The position numbers and the translations under genes were made by a program. This document shows, in pieces, positions 58,346-64,000 of a DNA stretch of 64,000 nt. The notes beneath the pieces are model-generated. The model did not search any database and was not told where the DNA came from. It was given only the letters and a program-made list of their open reading frames with translations. Source of the DNA: Candidatus Rokubacteria bacterium 13_2_20CM_69_15_1 (GTDB lineage: Bacteria; Methylomirabilota; Methylomirabilia; Rokubacteriales; CSP1-6); contig MNCR01000141.1 in the NCBI GenBank assembly GCA_001914535.1, positions 10,262 through 74,261 of the forward strand. The letters are read 5' to 3'. Positions within the stretch are counted from its first letter, which is position 1, and every line of letters starts with the position of its first letter.

Positions 58346-59094
58346 GGGAGGCGACGCCCATGAGGCTCCAGGGACGCACGGCCCTGGTCACGGGGGCCGC
58401 CCGCGGCATCGGGCTGGCGATCGCGAGCCGTTTCGTCGCGGAGGGCGCTCGCGTCGCGCTCGTCGACGTCGACCGCGGCGTCGAGGGCGCCGCGAAGCGA
58501 CTCGGCGAGCATGCGCTCGGCCTCGTCGCCGACGTGACGGCCACCGACGACGTCGAGCGCGCGGCGACGACCGTGCGCACCCGGTGGGGGAGGCTCGACG
58601 TCGTCGTGAACAACGCCGGGATCACGGGCGGCTCGAAGCTCACGTGGGAGGTCACCGACGAGGAGTGGCAGCGCGTCATCGCCGTGGATCTCACGAGCGT
58701 CTTCCTCGTCTCGCGCGCCGCCGTGAGGATCATGCTCGAGCAGGGCGGCGGCCGGATCATCAACATCGCGTCGATCGCGGGCAAGGAGGGCAACCCGACG
58801 CTCGTGCCCTACTCCACCGCGAAGGCGGGCGTCATCGGGTTCACCAAGGCCCTGGCCAAGGAAGTAGCGACCCGCGGGATCCTCGTGAACGCCGTCGCGC
58901 CCGCGGTGATCGGGACCGACATGGTCCGCCAGATGTCTCAGGAGACCGTGGACATGCTGATCGCGAAGATCCCGATGGGGCGCATCGGGCGCCCCGAGGA
59001 GGTCGCCGCCCTCGTGACCTGGCTCGCGTCCGACGAGTGCTCCTTCTCGACGGGCGCCGTCTACGACCTCTCGGGCGGTCGCGCGACGTACTGA
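58342..59094 (+). CDS. SDR, FabG-like 3-oxoacyl reductase paralogue
   Basis: VTGAARGIG, NNAGI, YSTAKAG and PAVIGTDM. The start could instead be the ATG at 58360. Confidence 0.9.
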   Translation: MREATPMRLQGRTALVTGAARGIGLAIASRFVAEGARVALVDVDRGVEGAAKRLGEHALGLVADVTATDDVERAATTVRTRWGRLDVVVNNAGITGGSKLTWEVTDEEWQRVIAVDLTSVFLVSRAAVRIMLEQGGGRIINIASIAGKEGNPTLVPYSTAKAGVIGFTKALAKEVATRGILVNAVAPAVIGTDMVRQMSQETVDMLIAKIPMGRIGRPEEVAALVTWLASDECSFSTGAVYDLSGGRATY

Positions 59095-59603
59095 AGGAGC
59101 GCGACCTTCGATACCGCCTCGGTGATCTCGCCGTCGCGCGCCATGCGCATCGCCTCCTGGGCCGGCACGATGCGGCGCTCGAGGAACTCGTCGCCGTCCG
59201 CGGGCAACGGGTCCTCCGTGAGCCCGTACGCCACGTAGCAGTACGCCACCTCGTCGAGGTACGCGTTGGAGGGCCAGAAGCGCGTGAGGAGCTCGAAGCG
59301 CTCCGCGCGGTAGCCGCCCTCTTCACGCAGCTCCCGCTGCGCGGCGGCGACGGGATCCTCGCCGGGGAGCGCGCCCCCGCCCGGCAGCTCCCACGACATC
59401 GCGCGCGGCAGGTGGCGGTATTGGCCGACGAGGAGGACGCGCGCGTCGTCCACGAACGGCAGCACGCCGACGGTCACGCCCACGTGGAGGACGGGGTAGA
59501 CGACGTGCTGACCGTCGGGCAGGCGCCAGGCGTCCTCACGGAGCGTGAGCTTGCCACGCGCGTACCGCGCGGTGGATCCGAGGCGCGTCCAGCCGGAGGC
59601 CAT
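59061..59603 (-). CDS. NUDIX hydrolase
   Basis: Nudix box GGALPGEDPVAAAQRELREEGG. It overlaps the convergent SDR by 34 nt. Confidence 0.85.
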   Translation of the reverse strand: MASGWTRLGSTARYARGKLTLREDAWRLPDGQHVVYPVLHVGVTVGVLPFVDDARVLLVGQYRHLPRAMSWELPGGGALPGEDPVAAAQRELREEGGYRAERFELLTRFWPSNAYLDEVAYCYVAYGLTEDPLPADGDEFLERRIVPAQEAMRMARDGEITEAVSKVALLQYVARPPERS

Positions 59604-59632
59604 CGAGTCGGTATGGTATCGTAAGGGGCGCG

Positions 59633-59863
59633 ATGGGGCGAGAACGCCGGACCGATCCACTCCTCCGAAAGCTCCTCGACGCCGTCGAGGCCTCGCTCGC
59701 CGCGGCCGAGGCCGCGCGTGACGCCGTTCAGGAGATCCTCCGTCGCGGCGCGGACACGGGCATCTTCTTCGCTGGCAAGGGGCCTCGCGGCGCCGTCTCG
59801 TCTGAGCTCACCGCCCAGGACCGGGAGTTCCTCCGCGCGGTCTCCATCAAGCCAGATCGCTGA
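59633..59863 (+). CDS. Hypothetical small protein
   Basis: 76-aa ORF with an AAGGGG RBS. No family recognised. Confidence 0.4.
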   Translation: MGRERRTDPLLRKLLDAVEASLAAAEAARDAVQEILRRGADTGIFFAGKGPRGAVSSELTAQDREFLRAVSIKPDR

Positions 59864-59869
59864 AACCCG

Positions 59870-60106
59870 ATGCGGGTCGTGCTGATTCTCTTCTCGCTGG
59901 CGGTCGCGCTGGCGCTGCTGGCTCCGCTGCTGCGCCGGCTCTCGCAGCGACCGTTCGGCGCGCGTGTCGAGCTCCCCGATGAGCTCGTGAAGTGCCTCGT
60001 GTGCAACACCTACGTCGTGAAGACACGGGCGCTGAGCCGGCTGGAGGACGGAGAGGTCCGTCACTTCTGCAGCGCCGAATGCGCTCGCCGCGCCGCCAAC
60101 CGCTGA
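59870..60106 (+). CDS. Small membrane-anchored zinc-ribbon/TRASH-like protein
   Basis: N-terminal TM helix, then CLVCNTY...HFCSAEC. Confidence 0.55.
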   Translation: MRVVLILFSLAVALALLAPLLRRLSQRPFGARVELPDELVKCLVCNTYVVKTRALSRLEDGEVRHFCSAECARRAANR

Positions 60107-60116
60107 CGCCCGCTTC

Positions 60117-60938
60117 GTGACGGCGCCCTCGCTCCACCCCGACCCGTGGCGCGACGTCGACGCGCAGCCCGACGCGGCGAAGCTGGCCGCCTCGCTGGAG
60201 CTGCGCGGGCGCACCCCGACCCAGGCGCGCCTGCGAGGGCGATTCCTGCGCTTCGTTCCCATCCGCCCCGGCGACGCGATCCTCGAGGTGGGCTGCGGCA
60301 CAGGGGTCGTCATCCGTGACCTCGCCGCGATCGCGGGCCCGCGCGGGAGCGTCGTCGGCGTTGACCCGAGCCGCCTGATCCTGCGCGAGGCGCGGAAGCG
60401 ATGCCGGGGTGCGCGCAGCCGGGTCACGCTGCGCGAGGCGGACGGCGCCGCGCTGCCGTTCAAGGGCGGCCGCTTCGACGCCGTGCTCGCGATCACCGTG
60501 ATCCTGCACGTCGCCGACCCGCTGCGCGTCGTCGCGGAGATGGCGCGCGTCACCCGGCGCGGCGGCCGCGTCGGGGTCCAGGACCAGGACTTCGGGACCG
60601 TCGCCGTGACCCACGCGGATCGCGCGCTGACCGACCGCATCATGCGCGGGGTCGCGGCACACATCTACGCCGAGCCTGACAGTGGCCGCCGGCTCCCCGG
60701 TTTGCTCCGTCAGGCCGGGGTCCAGGACGTGCGGCTCCTCACCGACGTCTACCAGGACACGACCCTCGAGCCCTGGACGAAGACCTTCCTGGAGCGTCGC
60801 GCCGAGCACGCGGTGAGGTTCGGCATCGTGGACGCGTCGACGGCGCGGCGCTGGCTCGACGGCTTCACGGAGCTCGTCGCTCGGGGCGCGTTCGTGCTGA
60901 CGATGAATTACTACGGCGCCGTGGGCGTCACGCGGTGA
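60117..60938 (+). CDS. Class I SAM-dependent methyltransferase
   Basis: ILEVGCGTGV motif I and the later RFDAVLAI. Confidence 0.88.
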   Translation: MTAPSLHPDPWRDVDAQPDAAKLAASLELRGRTPTQARLRGRFLRFVPIRPGDAILEVGCGTGVVIRDLAAIAGPRGSVVGVDPSRLILREARKRCRGARSRVTLREADGAALPFKGGRFDAVLAITVILHVADPLRVVAEMARVTRRGGRVGVQDQDFGTVAVTHADRALTDRIMRGVAAHIYAEPDSGRRLPGLLRQAGVQDVRLLTDVYQDTTLEPWTKTFLERRAEHAVRFGIVDASTARRWLDGFTELVARGAFVLTMNYYGAVGVTR

Positions 60939-61825
60939 GGGGCCCGCTCGCCTTCGTCCGCGTCGTCGCACTCGCCGCCCTGGCACTCGGTGCGGGCCCG
61001 GTGCGGCCCGCGCCGCCGTTCGACGGCGCCGCAGCTCTGCGTCACGTCGAGCGTGTCGTGGCGCTCGGGCCGCGGCCGGCCGGCTCGCCGGCGTCCGCGC
61101 GGACGCGCGCGTACATCCTGGGCGAGCTGCGCGCCGCCTCCATCGCAACCCGAGTCGAGCCCTTCGAGGCCGCCACGCCCCACGGCCGCCTCAAGATGGC
61201 CAACGTCGTCGCCGTCCTGCCGGGGCGTCGGCCCGACGTGATCCTGATCGGTGGCCACTACGACACGAAGTGGTTCCCGGACATCCCCTTCGTCGGCGCC
61301 AACGATGGCGGCTCGAGCACGGCGCTCCTGATCGAGCTCGCCCGGGCGCTGGCGGCGCAGCCCCATGAGTTCGCGTACTGGATCGTCTGGTTCGACGGCG
61401 AGGAGGCGCGCGAGTCGTGGAGCGCGACCGACAGCCTCTACGGCTCGCGCTGGATGGCCCGGGAGCTCGCGCGCACGGGAAGACTCCCCCGCGCCGTGCT
61501 CGTCGCCGACATGATCGGCGACCGCGACCTCGGGATCCGCCGCGAGTCGTTCTCGACCGACTGGCTCACGGACATTCTCTGGACGGCCGCCGCGCGGCGG
61601 GGCTTCGGGGCGCACTTCCTCCCCGGCGCCCTGGCAGTCGAAGACGACCACGCGCCCTTCCTGCGCGCGGGAGTGCCGGCGGCGCTCCTGATCGACTTCG
61701 ACTACCCGCCCTGGCACACCGCCGGGGACACGCTCGACAAACTCTCGTCGCGGAGCCTCGCGATCGTCGGCGGCGTGCTGCTCGAGGCGCTGCCCGCGAT
61801 CGAGGAGCGGCTCCTGCGAAAGTGA
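60935..61825 (+). CDS. M28-family peptidase / glutaminyl-cyclase-like protein
   Basis: Signal peptide. GGHYDT, ANDGGSSTALLIELAR, FDGEE and DMIGD metal-ligand pattern. Confidence 0.88.
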   Translation: MRGPLAFVRVVALAALALGAGPVRPAPPFDGAAALRHVERVVALGPRPAGSPASARTRAYILGELRAASIATRVEPFEAATPHGRLKMANVVAVLPGRRPDVILIGGHYDTKWFPDIPFVGANDGGSSTALLIELARALAAQPHEFAYWIVWFDGEEARESWSATDSLYGSRWMARELARTGRLPRAVLVADMIGDRDLGIRRESFSTDWLTDILWTAAARRGFGAHFLPGALAVEDDHAPFLRAGVPAALLIDFDYPPWHTAGDTLDKLSSRSLAIVGGVLLEALPAIEERLLRK

Positions 61826-61843
61826 GCGAGGTATAATTCCGCC

Positions 61844-62386
61844 ATGCCACGCGTGCGCGAGATCGACGACCCCGGCGACGATCCGATCCTCAAGGAGATC
61901 TTCGCCAAAGAGCTCGAGACGTTCGGCTTCGTCCTCAACACGACGAAGGTCCAGGCGCACACGCCCGGGATCATGAAGGCGGCCAAGCAGCTCTCCGCGG
62001 CCGTCGACCGGTCGGGCCTGCTCGCGAAGGAGCTCCTCGCACTCGTCTACTTGCGCGTCGCGCTGATCAACGGGTGCCCCTTCTGAATTGACGTCAACGC
62101 ATCCCGGGGGATGCAGGCCGGCGCGTCCGCGGCGAAGATCGCTCAGGTCGAGCGCGCAGCCGTCAGCGATCTCTTCTCGGCCGGCGAGAAGGCCGCGATC
62201 GCGTACGCCGAAGCGATCACGGCCACGGGACAGAAGGTGGACGACGCACTGTTCGCGCGAGTGCGCGAACACTTCTCCGAGCCCGAGATCGTCGAGCTGA
62301 CCGCGGCCGCCGCGCTGGAGAACTTCCGCAGCAAGTTCAACACGGCGCTCGGCATCGAGGCGCAGGGATTCTGCGTCCTCAGGTAG
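61844..62386 (+). CDS. AhpD-like/carboxymuconolactone-decarboxylase-family protein with in-frame TGA (candidate selenocysteine, CPFU)
   Basis: The two ORFs (61844-62086 and 62111-62386) are in the same frame. The TGA at 62084-62086 falls where the family has the second Cys of LINGC-x-x-C. Read through, the protein is 180 aa. Confidence 0.6.
62099..62114 (+). promoter_or_regulatory. SECIS-like hairpin GCAUCC-CGGG-GGAUGC downstream of the in-frame UGA
   Basis: Perfect 6-bp stem with a G-rich tetraloop, starting 13 nt after the UGA. The flanking GACG...CGTC could extend the stem. Confidence 0.4.
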
Positions 62387-62432
62387 TTACGCCCCGCTGA
62401 CCCGCCCCGCAGCGACGGCAGGAACCGGCTCT

Positions 62433-62477
62433 GGTTGCGCGGGGGTTGCGGCCGGTTGCCTTGACAGCCCTGGTTGC
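62433..62477 (+). repeat. Four direct GGTTGC hexamers (spacing 11, 10, 18 nt) around a TTGACA box upstream of the TIR gene
   Basis: GGTTGC at 62433, 62444, 62454 and 62472. TTGACA at 62461-62466. Confidence 0.4.
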
Positions 62478-62506
62478 CCCACGTCACGCTATGCCCGAGC
62501 GCGTGC

Positions 62507-63286
62507 ATGAAGGTGTTCATCAGCTGGTCGGGGTTGCGGAGTCACCAGATCGCGCTGGCCCTCCGTGATTGGTTGCCCACGGTCTTGCCTCACGCCGTGC
62601 CGTGGGTCTCTTCAGAGGACATTCCCAAAGGGGCACGCTGGACCATCGCCCTGGGCTCGGAGCTTGAGGCGACTAGGTTCGGCATCATCTGCCTGGTCCC
62701 GGAGAACCTGGGCGAGCTCTGGATCGTCTTCGAGGCCGGGGCGATGTCGCGGTCAATCGACGCGGCGCGCGTCGCTCCGTTCCTGGTGGGCGTCGGCATC
62801 AAGGACGTTCCGGGGCCGTTGGCGCAGTTCCAGTGCACGGTTTTCGAGAAGGAGGACGTGCGGAAGCTCGTGCACAGCATCAACAAGGCCTCCGACGCGC
62901 CGATGGATCAGAGGCGTCTCGATCAAGCCTTCGATCGCGGCTGGCCAGATCTCGCAGATCTTGTTCATGGAATCGAGAAGGTCGGGTCGCGGGCGGCCGT
63001 GGTAGAGGAACCCGCCGCGCCCCACAAGGATCTCTTCAGGGATCCCGAGAGCCTGCCCAAGGAGCAGCTCGCGATCTTGACGGTGCTTGCCAAGAACCCC
63101 GATGCCGACCCCACGGCAAACATGGTGGCGCGCGCGATCGGCGAGAATCCGACGCGGACCGAATACCACCTGGATCGCCTGAGAGAACGCCGCCTGATCG
63201 ATCACCGCCTCGTCGTGGGCGAGCCTCCCGCCTATTATCTGACAAAGGCGGGGAGAGCCTACGTCGTGGAGAACAATTTGATCTAA
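62507..63286 (+). CDS. TIR-like domain protein fused to a C-terminal winged-helix domain
   Basis: MKVFISWSG..S..IALALRDWL...PWVSSEDIPKGARW...FGIICLVPENL...WIVFEAGA is the prokaryotic TIR-like pattern with the conserved Glu. The C-terminal LAILTVLAKNP...MVARAIGENPTRTEYHLDRLRERRLI looks like a wHTH. Confidence 0.75.
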   Translation: MKVFISWSGLRSHQIALALRDWLPTVLPHAVPWVSSEDIPKGARWTIALGSELEATRFGIICLVPENLGELWIVFEAGAMSRSIDAARVAPFLVGVGIKDVPGPLAQFQCTVFEKEDVRKLVHSINKASDAPMDQRRLDQAFDRGWPDLADLVHGIEKVGSRAAVVEEPAAPHKDLFRDPESLPKEQLAILTVLAKNPDADPTANMVARAIGENPTRTEYHLDRLRERRLIDHRLVVGEPPAYYLTKAGRAYVVENNLI

Positions 63287-64000
63287 ATCGGTCGGCTGCT
63301 TGCCGGCCGCTCGCTGGTCATCGGATCGGCGCCGTCCTGCGGCATCCACCGGGCATACACGCGGAGGAGCACGCTAGCTGATCGCCACCCGCCCTGCTGC
63401 TGGACGTAGAGCAAGGGCGCGTTCCTGGACAGCATCGTGCTAGCGAAAGTGTGACGCAACTGCTCAGGGGCGCGGTAGCGCACGTTCGCGGCCAAGAGCA
63501 CACGGCGCCACGCCCGGTGTAGCTCCATCGAGGAGCGCGGCGTCCGGCCACGCCCGAAGACGAAGGCTTCCGGGTCCATCGAGCGGATGGTGAGCCGGCG
63601 CAGTGCGGTTACAGCGGATCGGGCCTCTGTCGTCGAGCCTGGGCGCCAGTCTGGCGTGTCGTCAGTGACGGGGTGAAGGAACGAGACCTTGCGTGCGAGC
63701 CCAGTCTTCGGTGGACCAAGACGATGCCGGCTCCACGTACGCTGAACGAGAGCCGTGCCGGCTTCGAGATCGACGTCCTGCCATTGGAGTCCGCACACCT
63801 CACCAGCTCGCATCCCTGATTGGGCCCACACGTGAAGCAGCGCCGCGAAGTCAGGGTCGATCCGTCGCGCCGCGGCGAGTAGCGCACGGAGCTCCGGGCC
63901 CGAGAACGGGTCAACCTGGTCAATGCGCTGCGCCCCGCGCCACTCGATTTCCTTGATGGGATTGGCGGTGAGGACCTTCATGCGCACCGCGCGTTGCAGG
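63283..64000 (-). CDS. Tyrosine recombinase/phage-type integrase, 5' end outside the window
   Basis: Catalytic domain with GMRAGEVCGLQWQDVDL, LRHTFAS, GGWRS and VYARW. The frame stays open to position 64000. Confidence 0.88.
   Translation of the reverse strand, partial: LQRAVRMKVLTANPIKEIEWRGAQRIDQVDPFSGPELRALLAAARRIDPDFAALLHVWAQSGMRAGEVCGLQWQDVDLEAGTALVQRTWSRHRLGPPKTGLARKVSFLHPVTDDTPDWRPGSTTEARSAVTALRRLTIRSMDPEAFVFGRGRTPRSSMELHRAWRRVLLAANVRYRAPEQLRHTFASTMLSRNAPLLYVQQQGGWRSASVLLRVYARWMPQDGADPMTSERPASSRPI

Noticed and set aside
62111-62386. Treating the 91-aa ORF as an independent gene with its own ATG.
   Set aside because: It is in frame with the upstream 80-aa ORF and lacks an RBS. The two halves together reconstitute one AhpD-like domain interrupted only by the TGA.

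Overview
High-GC (~70%) bacterial chromosomal window. It is densely packed with operons whose neighbouring genes often overlap by 1-4 nt (ATGA/GTGA). I saw no rRNA, tRNA or CRISPR array. Contents from left to right:
(1) 209-9742: a GntR/HutC-regulated hydantoinase/oxoprolinase-like pair plus an acyl-CoA module (ACAD, MaoC, thiolase, HADH, DUF35). It ends in a 4 x 86-bp tandem repeat.
(2) ~10073-11547: an IS110-family element inserted at the edge of that repeat.
(3) 11550-17566: DUF35, CoA-transferase, GNAT, citramalate synthase, three kinase-less receiver proteins and an IS21-like relic in a low-GC patch.
(4) 17661-23318, minus strand: ligA translationally coupled to secreted Kelch, HEAT/TPR and RraA-like genes, followed by a hydrolase and a GNAT.
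(5) A DtxR-family repressor.
(6) 24595-40648: a ~16-kb co-directional minus-strand supercluster. It runs ECF sigma, anti-sigma, cupredoxin, Tat-metallophosphoesterase, monohaem cytochrome c, fused SoxYZ, cbb3 oxidase (ccoN, fused ccoO-ccoP, ccoS-like, micro-ORFs), CtaG and a complete System-I ccmABCDEFGHI.
(7) htpX, then the yceD-rpmF-plsX-fabH-fabD-fabG-acpP-fabF-rnc operon. Here fabG is frameshifted and rnc lacks a dsRBD.
(8) Site-2 protease, MFS transporter, GS-like enzyme, SDRs, an ABC importer, a trans-sulfuration PLP enzyme, NUDIX hydrolase, methyltransferase and M28 peptidase.
(9) An AhpD-like ORF with an in-frame TGA at the CxxC position, a selenocysteine candidate.
(10) The start of a lower-GC island, with a TIR-wHTH protein and a tyrosine integrase cut by the window end.
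Two GC-rich repeat families sit exactly at gene 3' ends. The most interesting candidate system is the ECF-headed SoxYZ / metallophosphoesterase / cytochrome / cupredoxin module upstream of the cbb3 oxidase.
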